Notes: generated by a model not told the origin, from the sequence alone. Numbered from the whole stretch's first letter, positions 27,301-42,300 are shown. The stretch is DNA of 63,919 nt, filler included, from Reclinomonas americana ATCC 50394 (GCA_048213135.1; 3 parts of 2 records of this genome joined end to end with filler, not necessarily neighbours in it); one strand, 5' to 3'. Program-made: numbers and translations.

Positions 27301-30300
27301 CTGCAAACTCACCTGCACAACCACCTGCAGTCCGTTGCCCGTCTGACCCGCAGAGCGGAGAATCAACTGGTTCCCTTGCACATCGAACAAGGCAGCCGAA
27401 GTGCCACCCACAATGGAGAACGTGAACGTGTCGCTGATGTTACCGTCAATGGCTGTCAACGTGGCGACCGGCGTATTTGCAGACGGCGTGGGTGCGGAAT
27501 ATGTCGTCGCCGACACGGTGATACCCGACGGTGAAACCGGGTCTGTGAGGGAGAGACAAAAACTTAGAAAAAGGAGGTGCGCATTGCCAACTGACAAAGA
27601 ATGGCACGCAACCATCGACGACGGTGAATCTAAGAAAGTGGTGGAGGAGGCGTGAGCACACCGACTGATGTGGAAGCAAGACAAATGATCAACGCAACAG
27701 TTTGTCGAAACTGGCTCCGGCGGCATCCGTGGCTCGAACGACCACGGCGAGGGTGCCTCGCTGACCAATGTTGCGCAACACCAGGCGGCTGCCACTCACA
27801 ATGTCGAATGCAGCTGCATCTGAGCCACCGACGATACTGAAGGCGTGCACATCGGCAACTGCGACGGAAGAGAGACGGAAAAGATGAACGATGAGCAACA
27901 GAAACAATTGTGTGCAGCTAAGAAGCAATACAAAACCATTGGCATCAGTGGCTGAGAGAGTGCCCACAACCGCATTGGCTGCCAATGTCGGCGGCAGGTA
28001 CGATGCAGGGGACAGACCAATGTCCGTGGGAGGGACATTCACTGCAGGAGAAACAGCGTGTGAGTGAGTAAATTGGAACACTTGGGAGTTACGATGCTCA
28101 TCCGAAGCGTACTACTCACCGTCTGTGATGGTAAACCACTTCAAGAACGTGCCACCAGCGCCATCGTCAGTCAGGATCTGAATGCTGAACGAGTGACCCA
28201 CTTGACCCGCGGCACGAATGCGCAACACGTCGGTTGCAATGTCGAACACCGCGAAGTCGCCCACCGGCTGCAGCGTGTAGGTGTGCGACTGCCCGACGTT
28301 GCTGTCCTCAGTAGTCAGCGTGCCAACCACCGTGAATGGCCCGCTGGTGGGAGGCACATATGTCGTGCCACTCAAATGGATGTCCGTGGGTACTGTGTTC
28401 TCCTCCGAGATAAGGAACGATTGCTGTAGGGTGCCGCCGCGACCGTCGCTGACTTGAACCAGCACCTGCAGGTTGTTGCCGGACTGGTTGGTGTTGACAA
28501 GACGCAGCTGGTTGCCGGAGATGTAGAACAGACTGGCATCGGCACCGCCAACAATCGAATAGGTGAATGTTGAGGCGGTGTTCGCATCCACGCCTTGAAG
28601 GACGCCAACCACTTGTCCCGGCGCCGGATCCAATGGCACATACGACGTGCTGTCCAGCAGGAGGTTGGAAGGCGGCACACTGGCTGCGTGAATCAACCAT
28701 CACGACATGTCAGCACTGGAAACGATCGAGGAAGCGCATCAACGAGAATGACTCACCCTCATTCAACACAAATGGCTGATCCACAAAGTTGCCGGTGGAG
28801 TCTGTCGATCGTACCACCACCTGCAGTCCGTCACCGCGTTGCCCGGCGTTCTTGAAAACCAGATTGCCATTGACAACATCAAAGAGAGCAGCGTTGGCGC
28901 CGCCAACAACCGAGTATGTGAACGAGTCGGTCGCATTGGAGTCGGCGGTCGTCAACGCGCCGACCACCCCATTGGCTGAGGCGGTGGGTGGCACGTAGGT
29001 ACTGGAGGAGAGCGACACCGACGTGGGTGCCACCGGTACTGCGAGGGAGAGCAGCGTGAGTCTCCCAAGGCTGCGTCACATGTCAGTCAATCATCGGCAT
29101 ACCATCGTTGACAGTGAACGGCACATCGAGTGAGGCACCGGCGGTGTCGGTGGCTCGCACAATCACGGACAGATTGGTTCCCGTCTGACCAGCATTGCGC
29201 AAGCACAGCTGATTTCCAATGATGGTGAACAGCGCCTGGTTAGCACCGCCAACAATGGAGAACGTCGCGGTGTCCCAGGCATTGAGGTCGGTGGCGCTCA
29301 AAGTGCCCACTGGCTGATTCGCAGCCAAGGTGGCCGGCGTGTATGTGCTCGACGAGAGAGAGATGCCGGACGGAGCAACATTGGCTGCGAGCGGGTAACG
29401 AAGGTTCTGTCTGTGTCAGTATCGCGTTACTCTTCGTGCGCGGGACACGAACAACTCCAGCGCACCATCACCGAGAGACAGCGTCGTATCCACTGTTCCA
29501 CCACGGCCATCATCTGTCCNNNNNNNNNNNNNNNNNNNNNNNNNNNNNNNNNNNNNNNNNNNNTTAATTAATTAANNNNNNNNNNNNNNNNNNNNNNNNN
29601 NNNNNNNNNNNNNNNNNNNTAACAACGTGAGCAACAGGTGCACAAGGATGGCGGGGAGCAGCACATCGCACCTTCGTTGAGGAAGAAAGTGGTGTCTTGT
29701 GAGCCGCCGTTGCCGTCACTCACGCGAACAGTGATGACGAGGTTCTGCAACGCTCTACGTGAGCAAGGGACACACGCTCTCTTGCAGCCGCGTGAATACA
29801 CACCATGCCGCTCAGCACCAGCGTCTGTACATGCAGCTCGTTACCAGCAACACCACCAATCTGCACATATCACACAATCAGAGTCGTGCGACAGCAAACG
29901 AGCGAATGACGGACAGAACGCAACGTAGAACTTGGAGTCGTCGTTGTTGCCAATGAGAGTGTACGACAGACTCTGACAGCAGTTAGCATCGGTGGCCGAC
30001 AACACTCCAATCAAAGCATTCTGCAAACTACGTGGAGCGTAGAATGTTGTCGACAGCACCAGGTTTGCTGGTGGCACGTTGGCTGCAGAACAAATACAAT
30101 CAGTGGACAGTAGAGGCGTAGAATCACATGCAAGTGAGAATACCTTCGTTGATGCTGTACGTGTAGAGAGAGAGAGACACACACACGTTGAGAACAAAAG
30201 TTAGATGCAAGAATCAAATGAGAACCACAAATCTCCGCGACAGCACACGCACGTAAATGTTGTCTGCAGAGTTCCACCACGACCATCGGATACTTCGATG

Positions 30301-33300
30301 TGGATGCGCAGGTTGTTGCCAGTCTGCCCCGCCAGTGCCAGCGACAGCGTGGATCCCGTAAGCACAAACAGCGACTCGTTGAAGCCGGCGACGACCGTGT
30401 ACGTGTATGAGCCCAGCGTGTTGGCGTCGACGGTAGCGAGCGAGCCCACCACCACTCCGGCGGTGAGAGTTGGCGGCACATATGTGTTGGAGCTCAGCAC
30501 CAATGCCGATGGCGGCACGTTTACTGTGCGTACGGACGAGTGAGACGACATACAACATGCACGGTCGACAGAGATGTGGGACCTTCAGTGATGGTAAACA
30601 GCTTGCGGACCCAGGCACCGGCCGCGTCGGTCGACTGCACTTCGACCTGCAGTGGATCACCACGAGAGTTTGCGGCGCTCAGTCGTAGTTGCGTGCCGTT
30701 GATGTTGAACATGGCAGAGTGCGGGCCGCCAGAGATTGCTGCATTGACATTGACAAGATCACGATCATGTCAGTCTCAATCAGAGATGGTTACCCGCACA
30801 CACTTGCAATCCATGCGCGACGCAACAATAGGTGAATGTGTCGCCCGTGTTGGTATCTAACGAGGTGAAGAAGCCCACCACGACATTCGCGCTCGAGGTC
30901 GGCGGAGTGTACGTTGTGCCCCACAAAATAATGTCGCTTGGTGCCACGTTGACTGCAGTCGACAAGTCACCCATCAGTCAGTAAGGCACACTTTGCGGTG
31001 TACGAGCTCGTCGGTCATTTCCGCAACACACACACACACACCTTCGTTGACAGTAAATGTGCGGTCCAACGAGGAGAATCCATCGGAGACACGAATGGTG
31101 ACCAGCAATCCAGTGCCCGACAAGCCACCGGGAACATTGGCAAGCAAGTCGGTGCCGGAGATCGCAAACAGACCTTGGTTTGCGCCTCCAACACTGCATG
31201 ATAGAGGGGATCAGCTGGCAGGCACACGAGAAGGTACGCAGCAAAGAAAACACCGCTGGTCGTTGCGCAACATGGAATACGTGTGTGACTGACAACAGTT
31301 GGCGTCGATCACAAACAGAGAGCCAATAACTGATCCCTGTGCGGCTGGCGGCACGTATGTGGATGGTGACAGCAGAAGATCACTCGGTGGCACATTAGCT
31401 GCGCAACAAAAAAATGAACCACACGCGCAGCAGATGTGCTAACCCACCGCCGGCCACACCAACCTTCAGTTATGGTCAGTGTCTGGTCGACAGAGCCGCC
31501 AGCGCCGTCGTCGGCGTGCACAATCACAGTGAGAGGCGACGTGTTGAGAGTGGCAGCTGCGACCACCAGCTGGTCTCCCGACACGGAGAACTTGCTGGCA
31601 TCAGGTCCACCAACACTGACAAAGAAGACTTTGGGTGAGAACGAGATCGCAGGACGCGCCAGCTCAACGGTGAACGCACATGGAATAGGTGAACGATTGA
31701 CAGCAATTGGCATCCACAGCCGCCAGCGTGCCAACGACCGTGCCCAACGGTGACGGCGGTGTGTATGTCATTGACGACAAGGTCACCGCCGTCGGTGCCA
31801 CATTGGCCTCGTCCAGCACAAATGTCTGGTCTCGAACACCGCCTGCACCGTCATCGACACGCACAACAATGCTCAGACTGTTGCCGGTGAGCGGACCGCC
31901 ACTGCTGTCGACCACCAGTTGGTTTCCAGAGATGCTGAATCGAGACGCAGCAGCGCCACCAACAATCGAGTACGTCATGCTCTGACAGCAGTTCGCGTCT
32001 CTGTGGTGGCGTGCAGAGTGAGGATTTCACGAACCCCAGATGGACCAGGAGCAATCGTAAGTGCAAACGCACGTGGTCGAGAGCGTGGCAACGATGGTGC
32101 CAACGGGTGCGGGTACCGGCGAGTAAGTGGTGGTGGAGAGTGCCAGTGCTGACGGAGGCACATTGGCTATCGAGAGACTCGATGAGCGACACAGGCACAA
32201 GAAGGTAGAGAAGCACATGCACGCACCTTCGTTGACGGTAAACGTCTTGTCAAAGTGCGCGCCGGACGGATCACCGACTCGGACGGTGACTTGCAGATTG
32301 TTGCCCTGCTGGCCTGCGTTGCGGAGTACCAATTGCGAGCCGACAATGTCGAAGAGAGCACTATTCGCACCACCGACGATCGACAGTGACAGTGCGTCGT
32401 TGGCATTGCCGTCGACTCCAGTGAGTGTGCCCACCACCGTATTGGCAGCGGGCGTGGGCGGTGCGTAGGTCAAGGAGGATAAAAGTACGTCGGTTGGGGC
32501 CACGGGTACTGCAAGCGACCGAGAGAGTGAGCATCGACACTCTCTGCAAACACCAAATATCGTCACTGACCGTCGTTGATGGTAAAGAACTTGGCCAGCG
32601 TTTGTCCACTGGCATTGGTTGACAGCACCTGCACTTGCAGACCAGTGCCCCGCTGTCCCGCAGCTCGGATTACCAGTTGATCCCCAATGACCGAGAAGAC
32701 AGCAGCATCGGTCCCGCCCACCACGGCGTACGTGTAGGGTGATGAGGAAGATGTGTCGGTTGTGGAGAGCGTGCCAATCACCGTATTCGCGGTCGAGGTC
32801 GGTGGCGTGTAGGTGGTCGAGGAGAGAGCCATGTCCACGGGGCCAACTGCGGAGTGTGAGAAATCAGCAAAGAAAAACCTCAAACCATGGAGAAAGACAA
32901 CGCACTTGATGTGACAATGAATGTGGCCTGTGACGATCCACCGGCACCGTCGCTTACCGTCACGACGACTTGCAGACTCGAGCCGATCAGACCCGCGACA
33001 CTGGAGCGCAGAGTGGTTCCATTGATCTCAAACGACGCCTGATCGGCACCGCCAGTGATGGAGAACGACAGTGTCTGGCCTGTGTTCACGTCGGTCGCCG
33101 ACAGCGTGCCAATAGTTCCATGGAGAGCGAGAGGCGGCTGGTACACCAGGGTCGACAGCACCGGCGACGACGGCGACACATTGGCTGCACACAGACGGCG
33201 TGAGTAACTCTAAAACGACAAGTTGTGTGAGCGTATGTGTGTGTGAATGCACACCTTCGCTGATGACAAATGAACTTGTGGCTGAGCCACCGGCGCCGTC

Positions 33301-36300
33301 GCTGACCGTCACTGTCACTTGCAGGCCGTTGCCAGTGAGACTGGCCACATTGGCACGGAGACTGTTGCCGCTGATATTGAACATGGACTGATTGGCGCCT
33401 CCGGTGACGGCGTACGTCAGCGTTTGGCCCGTGTTCACGTCGCTTGACGAGAGCAGGCCAATGACACCGTTGAGTGCCAGCGGAGGAATGTAGGCGTTGG
33501 TCGAGAGGGTGGGAGCAGTTGGAGACACATTGGCTGCGATTCACGTGAGTATGGCAAACATTATACGCAAGATGGCAATGCGAATCACCTTCGTTGATGA
33601 GGAAAGTGCTCGAGTTGCTGCCACCTGCGCCGTCGGAGACGGTGACCGTGACTTGCAGGCCGCTGCCGGTGAGGCCTGCGACAGCAGAGACAAGATCGGC
33701 GCCGACCAGAGAGAAGGAGGCCTGCGCGGTACCGCCGGTGATGGTGAACGACAGCGTCTGCCCAGTGTTCACATCGGTGGCAGCGATTGTGCCAATGGCG
33801 GCTCCCAGGGCCAACGGGGGAACATACGTGCTGGTGGACAGCACTGGCGCAGTCGGTATCACATTGCCTGTGGACAAAGAAGCACAAATGAGAACCCTGC
33901 AAGCCACGAAACATTAAATGCAGTTCACGCAACTCTCGTTGATGATGAATGTAGATGAGCGCGAGCCACCGGCGCCGTCTGACACAGTGACCTCCACTTG
34001 AAGACCGTTGCCGCTGAGTCCGTTGACATTGGAGAGCAAGCTGTTGCCAACAACGTAAAAGTCGGACTGATCTGTGCCACCGGTGACCGCGTAAACAAGT
34101 GTCTGCGCAGAATTCGCATCAGTGGCGGCCAGTGTGCCGATTGTGCCGCCCAAGGCAAGCGGTGGTGCATACAGAGAGGTCGAGAGTGTTGGTGCACTCG
34201 GGGGCACATTGCCTGCAATTAATGGACAAGCATTCAGCGACAGTGACATCGCTTCTTGCCACAGACTTCCATCACGCAACTCTCGCTGATTGAGAACGTC
34301 GTACTGTTGATTCCTCCGGCGCCATCACTGACTTGCACCGTCACCTGCAGACTGTTTCCTGTCAAGCCGGCAACATTCGACAGCAGACTTGTGTCGCTGA
34401 TGCTGAACGATGCCTGATTGCCGCCGCCGATGATGGAATACGAGAGCGTCTGTCCCGTATTCGGATCCGACGACGAGAGGGTGCCAATGACACCGTTGAG
34501 TGCCAGAGGCGGCGCGTACGTCGAGGGTGACAGGGATGGAGCAGATGGTGGCACATTGACTATGTACAGCAGCACCTCATGAGTACCAGCGTGAATGAAT
34601 TCTGGAAACACGAAACCGTACCTTCAGTGATGGTAAATGTGCTGCTGGAGGTGCCACCTGCACCATCACTGACGGTCACCACCACTTGCAAATTGATTCC
34701 ACTCAGTCCCACCACATTGGAGCGCAGGTCCGAGGCGACAATGGCAAACGAGCTTGCGTTGACGCCTCCGGTAATGGTGAACGTCAACGCTTGACCCGTA
34801 TTGGGGTCTGTGGAGGACAGGGCGCCGACGACGCCGTTGAGCGGAAGCGGCGGTGTGAAAGAAAGCGCAGACAGCACCGGCGCAGTGGGATTCACGTTGG
34901 CTGTGCGGTCGCGACAGACAAACAAATCAGCAACCAAAAAACGGGACGTGCAGTCAGAGAGCAGGGTGCATCAGACCTTCGCCAATGACGAATATGCTGA
35001 CGTTGGTGCCACCGGCGCCATCCGACACAGTGACCTCCACCGACAGATTGTTGCCGGTGAGTCCGGCAACACTGCTTCGGAGGCTGGAACCACTGATGTT
35101 GAACAGTGCCTGATGCGCACCACCAGTGATCGTAAACGTCAACGACTGCCCGCTGTTGACGTCGGTGGATGACAGGATGCCAATGACTCCATTCGCGGCC
35201 AGTGGGGGAATGTACGACGAGGACGAGAGGATGGGTGCGGTGGGTGGCACGTTGACTGTGTGCGGGAGAAGCATGAGCAACAGCATGTACGACTTGTGCA
35301 TGCAAGACACGAGAGCGGCGGCGTGCCACCAACCTTCGCTGATCAGGAATCTGGCATTTGTCAGTCCGCCGAATCCATCGCTGACTTCGACAATGACCTC
35401 CAAATTGTTGCCGGCGAGACTAGCCACATTGGATCGCAAGTCTGAGCCACTGATGTTGAAGAGCGCCGAGTCGGCTCCTCCCAGAATGCTGAATGTCAGC
35501 GTCTGACCGACGTTCGGGTCCGTGGCCGACAACGCGCCAATGACGCCGTTGAGTGCCAGAGGAGGAACGTAAAGCACAGTCGACAACGTGGGCACAGACG
35601 GCGGTAAGTTCGCTGTGTTTCACGGAACAAAGTCAGGCAGGCGCAACAACCAGGAGATAAAAAGAGAGTGGAATGCAACGCAACAGCTGCCGATCGTAAA
35701 TGTTGCGGTGTTTGTGCCGCCAGCACCGTCACTAACTTGCACAATGACCACCAAGTTGGAGCCGGAGAGGCCGGCAACATTGGAACGAAGATTGGATCCG
35801 CTGATGTTAAACGAGGCTTGATCCGCACCACCCACAATGCTGAACGTCAAAACCTGTCCAGTGTTTGCGTCTGTCGAGGACAGGACGCCGATAACGTCGT
35901 TGAGGGCCAGCGGTGGGTTGTACGCAGTCGACGAAATCGTCAGAGCAGACGGAGGCACATTGGCTGCGCACCACAGACACTTAAGTCATTCACGTGACTG
36001 CCATTTAAATGAAAACCTATGCAAACCTTCGCTGATGGTAAACGTGGATGTGTTGATGCCACCAGCTCCATCGCTCACTTGCACAATCACTTGCAGCGCG
36101 TTGCCACTCAAACCGGCCACATTGGATCGCAAGTCGGTGCCGCTGATGTTGAAAGATGCCTGATTGGTACCACCGACAATCGCGTACGTCAGTGTCTGGC
36201 CAGTGTTGGGATCAGTGGACGACAGGGTGCCGACAACGCCATTCATGGCGAGTGGTGGAGTGTACGTCGAGGTGGACAGAGTCGGCGGCGTCGGCACAAC

Positions 36301-39300
36301 GTTGGCTGTCACAAAGGCAGCATAGTGTGCAAGTGAGAAGGGGTAGAAGGGAAGAAGCAAAAGAACAAGCCACCACACGGACCTTCGCTGATCGTAAATG
36401 TGGAACTCGCTGTGCCACCTGCTCCATCGCTCACTTGCACAATCACTTGCAGGCTGTTGCCGATGAGTCCTGCCACATTCGATCGCAAGCTGGTGCCACT
36501 GATGTTGAACGACCCCATGCTGGTGCCGCCCGTGATGGTGTACGTCAGGGTCTGACCCGTGTTGGCGTCTGTCGAGGCGAGAGTGCCAATGACGCCATTT
36601 GTGGCGAGTGGCGGGATGTAAGTGCTTCTTGACAGAGTGGGCGTAGTCGGGTTCACATTGGCTGCACAATAAAACAAAAGCGATGGGTAAACGAGAAACA
36701 AGAAGGACGAGCGCAGTGCGAGCCAGTCCAACCTTCGTTGATGAGGAATGTCGCTGTGTTGGTGCCACCCGCTCCATCGTCTACTTGCACAATCACTTGG
36801 AGGTTGTTGCCCGTCAGCCCACCCACACTGGAGCGCAAATCCGTTCCACTGATGTTGAAGGATGACTGATGCGTGCCGCCAACAATCGAGTATGTCAACG
36901 TCTGGCCAGCGTTCGGGTCCGACGATGCAAGAGTGCCAATGACGCCGTTGGCCGCCAATGGTGGCACGTACACACTGGACGACAACGTTGGAATCGATGG
37001 TACGACATTGGCTGATTGGGAGGTAGATGCAGTGAGTAAAACAGCCACAAAATGACTGACGCACTTAGAGAGACACACCTTCGTTGATGACAAATGTTGC
37101 AGTTGTCACACCACCAGCACCATCGCTGACTTGCACAATCACTTGCAGTGCGTTGCCCGTCAGACCAGCGACATTCGACCGCAGACTCGAGCCGCTGATG
37201 TTGAACGACGCTTGATCCGCACCGCCCACAACAGTGTACGACAGCACCTGACCAGTATTCACATCGGTCGACGACAGCACGCCCACGACGCCATTCAGCG
37301 CCAAGGGCGGAATGTATGTGGACGTAGACAAGGTCGGCGCCGTGGGATTCACATTCTCTGCACGAAACGGGAGTCAGCAAATAGCGCTGGCAGTCGTATC
37401 CACAGATACACACTTACCCTCGCTGATACTAAATGTTGTGCTATTCACTCCTCCGGCTCCGTCACTCACTTGCACAATCACTTGCAGGCTGTTACCCGAG
37501 AGAGCAGCAACGTGCGATTCCAAGATATTGCCATTGATCGAAAACAGCCCTTGGTCGGCACCGCCAATGATCGTAAACGTAAGTGTCTGGCCAGTGTTGG
37601 GGTCACTCGATGTCAGCGTGCCAACATCGTCACCCACAGCAAGTGGCGGAATGTATGTCGTTGATGACAGGGTCGGTGCAGTTGGCGTGACATTGACTGC
37701 ATGCGATGCAACAGAGTGAGGGCGAGGACGGGGCCCAGTAGATTGCTTGCATAACATAGGATGCAAACCTTCGCTGATGGTAAACGTAGATGTGTTGATG
37801 CCACCAGCTCCATCGCTCACTTGCACAATCACCTGCAGTCCGTTGCCACTCAAACCAGCCACATTGGATCGCAAGTCGGTGCCGCTGATGTTGAAAGATG
37901 CCTGATTCGTGCCACCGACAATCGTGTACGTCAGTGTCTGGCCAGTGTTGGGATCAGTGGACGACAGTGTGCCGACAACGCCATTCATGGCCAGTGGTGG
38001 AGTGTACGTCGAGGTGGACAGAGTCGGCGGCGTCGGCACAACATTGGCTGTCACAAAGGCAACAGAGTGTGCAAGTGAGAAAGGGGTAGAAGGGAAGAAG
38101 CAAAAGAACAAGCCACCACACTGACCTTCGCTGATGGTGAACGTGGATGTGTTGGTGCCACCTGCTCCATCGCTCACTTGCACAATCACTTGCAGGCTGT
38201 TGCCGGTGAGACCAGCAACATTCGATCGCAAGCTGCTGCCGCTGATGTTGAACGATCCCATGCTGGTGCCGCCCGTGATGGTGTACGTCAGGGTCTGACC
38301 CGTGTTGGCGTCTGTCGAGGCGAGAGTGCCAATGACGCCATTTGTGGCGAGTGGCGGGATGTAAGTGCTGCTTGACAGAGTGGGCGCCGTCGGACTCACA
38401 TTGGCTACGCAAGAGACAAGAGCGATGGGTCAGCGAGGACAAGAGAGACGAGCGCAGTGCGCGTCGCTCCAACCTTCGTTGATGAGGAATGTCGCAGTGT
38501 TGGTGCCGCCTGCTCCATCGTCGACCGCGACGATCACTTGAAGGTTGTTGCCCGTCAGATTCGACACTGCTGTCACGAGGCTGTTCCCACCACTGACTGA
38601 AAACAGAGACTGATTGGTGCCGCCAGAGACATAGTAAGTCAACGACTGCCCCGAGTTTGGGTCTGTCGACGACAGCATGCCAATGACACCGCCGAGTGCC
38701 AGTGGCGGCACATATGTCGACGACGACAGCGTTGGTGCAGTTGGTATCACGTTGACTGCAGCCACGGCGGTGAACAACAACGCAGATAAACAAATAAGGA
38801 ACAGGATCAACAGACGCAACGCTCATCAATGTCGAATACGAAGGAGTTCGTGCCACCGGAGCTGGCCGTGACAGTGATCTCAACCTGCAAGTTGTTCCCG
38901 ACAAGACCTGCGACGTTGGAACGCAGGTCCGTGCCACTAATATTGAAGGATGCTTGGTCGGCGCCACCACTGATCGAGAATGTGAGCGTGTCGCCAGCCA
39001 CGGCTGGCGTCGCGGAGAGAGTGCCAATCACGCCATTCAGTGCACGCGGCGGCGTGTACAGCGTTGTCGACAAGACCGGGACCGTGGGGCTCATGTTGGC
39101 TGCAGGAATAGAGTCAGCGCACCAAGGGCAATCTCTTCAAAAATCATCTGCATCACGCAAACCTTCCGAAATGTTGAAAGTGGACGAGCGAGTTCCACCA
39201 GCTCCGTCGCTGACAGTGATAATCACTTGCAGTCCGTTACCGGTGAGGCCAGACACACTGGAGCGCAGGCTCGTGCCGCTGATGTTGAATGATGCCGAGT

Positions 39301-42300
39301 TGGTGCCGCCGGTGATGGAGAAGGTCAGTGTCTGACCGGTGTTGACATCGGTCGACGCCAGAGTGCCGATTACTCCGTTCAGCGCGAGCGGCGCCACGTA
39401 CAAATTGGTGGAGAGTGTCGGCGCAGTGGGTATCACATTGACTGCGCTCATAGACATTTGTGATGAAGTGGATTAACAGTGAATGAGCGCATCGCCTTAC
39501 CTTCAGATATGTTGAACGTTGTCGTATTCACACCGCCAGCACCGTCGCTCACTTGCACAATCACTTGCAGGCTGTTGCCAGTGAGGCCTGCCACGTTGGA
39601 TCGCAGGTTGGTGCCGCTGATGCTGAACGACGCAGAGTTGGTGCCGCCAACAATGGAAAACACGAGTGTCTGGCCCGTGTTCGGGTCTGTCGACGACAAT
39701 GTGCCAATCACACCATTCAAAGCGAGTGGTGGGGTGTACGTGGTCGATGACAGAGCGGGAGCAGTGGGGACCACGTTGGCTGTGCAGAGCGGCGTCAGCG
39801 ACTGAGACAGAGAAACACACAGTATGAAGCACAGGAAGGCACGCTCACCTTCGCTGATGGTGAATGTCGTGCTCGCCGTGCCGCCTGCTCCATCACTCAC
39901 TTGCACGATGACTTGCAAGTTGTTACCCGTCAACCCAGCCACATTCGATCGCAAACTCGTGCCACTGATGTTGAACGATGCTTGATTCGTGCCACCCGTA
40001 ATCGTGTAAGTCAGTGTCTGGCCAGTGTTGGGGTCCGTAGACGACAGAGTGCCAATCGTGCCGTTGAGAACGCGCGGCGGAGTGTACGTCGAGGAGGACA
40101 GCGTTGGAGCACTCGGCGCAACATTAGCTGCGAAATGGTGAGGACGAAACCAATACTCGCTGCGTAAAAATGGCTCAAGGAGCAGAGGGTACACGCACCT
40201 TCGTTGATGGTGAAGGTCGAGCTCGCAGTCAGAGTTCCATCGCTCACTTGCACAATTACTTGTAGATTGTTGCCAGTGAGGCCAGCCACATTCGATCGCA
40301 GACCGGTACCGCTGATGTTGAATGACGCTTGATTCGCGCCACCCGTGATCGTGTACGTCAGGGTCTGACCGGTGTTGGGATCCGTCGATGACAGGGTGCC
40401 GATCACTCCGTTCGAGGCAAGTGGAGGAGTGTATGTCGATGAAGACAGGGTCGGTGCAGTCGGATTCACGTTCGCTGCCATGGTCACGACGAATGAGTCA
40501 GAGACCAAACACATAACATCATCACTCACGTGGTCTCGCGCACACCTTCGTTGATGGTAAAGGTTGTCGTTGCCGTCAGCGTTCCGTCACTAACGCGTAC
40601 AATCACTTGCAACCCGTTGCCCGTGAGGCCGGCCACATTCGATCGCAGACTGGTTCCACTGATGTTGAAGGAGGCTTGATTCGTGCCGCCCGTGATAGTG
40701 TACGTCAGTGTCTGGCCAGTATTGACATCGGTTGCCGACAGCGTGCCGATCACTCCGTTTGAGGCAAGTGGTGGAGTATACGTCAACGAAGATAAAGTTG
40801 GTGCCGTCGGCGCAACATTGACTGTAACAAAAAACAAAATTATTCACGACACACGTACTACTCTATCGTTGAAAGCTTGTGGATCACAACGCACCTTCGC
40901 TGATGGTGAATGTGGCGCTTGCAGTTCCGCCCGCTCCGTCACTCACTTGCACAATCACTTGCAGATTGTTGCCTGTGAGACCAGCCACATTCGAGCGCAG
41001 ACTGGTGCCACTGATGTTGAACGAAGCCGAGTTGGTGCCACCGGTGATCGTGTACGTCAGGGTCTGACCCGTGTTGACATCAGTCGACGCAAGCGCGCCG
41101 ATCACTCCATTTGAGACAAGCGGCGGAGTGTATGTCGACGACGACAGGGTCGGTGTAGTCGGATTCACATTGACTGCGATACTTGATGAGTATGCAAAAC
41201 CCAATCAATCCGAGTAGAAGGGAAGTACCTTCGCTGATCGTGAATGTCGTGCTTGCTGTGCCGCCTGCTCCATCACTCACTTGCACAATCACTTGCAAAT
41301 TATTGCCCGTGAGACCAGCCACATTCGATCGCAAACTGGTGCCACTGATGTTGAATGAAGCGGAGTTGGTGCCACCCGTAATTGTGTATGTCAGCGTTTG
41401 CCCTGTGTTCACATCTGTTGACGCCAGAGTGCCGATCACTCCATTCAAAGCCAAAGGCGGAGTGTACGTTGACGACGATAGAGTGGGAGCAGTCGGATTC
41501 ACGTTGGCTGCAACAAATACGAAGAGTGAGCAAACCACGATGCACTCGTTCCCAAATCAATCAACCAATAACAGACCCTCATTGATCGTGAATGTCGTGC
41601 TTGCTGTTCCACCTGCTCCATCACTCACTTGCACAATCACTTGCAGATTGTTGCCAGTGAGGCCAGCAATGCTGGATCGCAAGCTGGTGCCGCTGATGTT
41701 GAATGAAGCCTGATTCGTGCCGCCGGTGATCGTATACGTGAAAGTCTGACCCGTGTTGACATCAGTCGACGCCAGAGTGCCGATCACTCCATTCAAAGCC
41801 AAAGGCGGAGTGTATGTCGTTGACGACAGGGTCGGTGCAGTTGGATTCACGTTCGCTGCAACGGATACAAAGAGTAAGCAAAACCGCGAGGAACTCGTCA
41901 CCAATCGATCAACCGACATCGTACCCTCATTGATCGTGAACGTCGTGCTTGCTGTTCCGCCTGCTCCGTCGCTCACTTGCACAATGACTTGCAGGTTATT
42001 GCCAGTGAGGCCAGCAACGTTGGATCGCAGACTGGTGCCATTGATATTGAAGGAGGCCTGATTCGGGCCACCGGCGATGGTGTACGTCAAAGTCTGACCA
42101 GTGTTGACATCAGTCGACGCCAGAGTGCCGATTACTCCATTCAGCGCAAGTGGTGGAGTGTATGTCGATGACGACAAGGTCGGTGCAGTCGGATTCACGT
42201 TCGCTGCAACGGATACAAAGAGTAAGCAAAACCGCGAGGAACTCGTCACCAATCGATCAACCGACATCGTACCCTCATTGATCGTGAACGTCGTGCTTGC

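Noticed and set aside
29564..29575. TTAATTAATTAA as a piggyBac TTAA target or regulatory site (also 53589-53600)
   Set aside because: It sits exactly between two 44-N runs, so it is a synthetic spacer. Adjacency across it is unproven, although gene B repeats continue on both sides of the first one.
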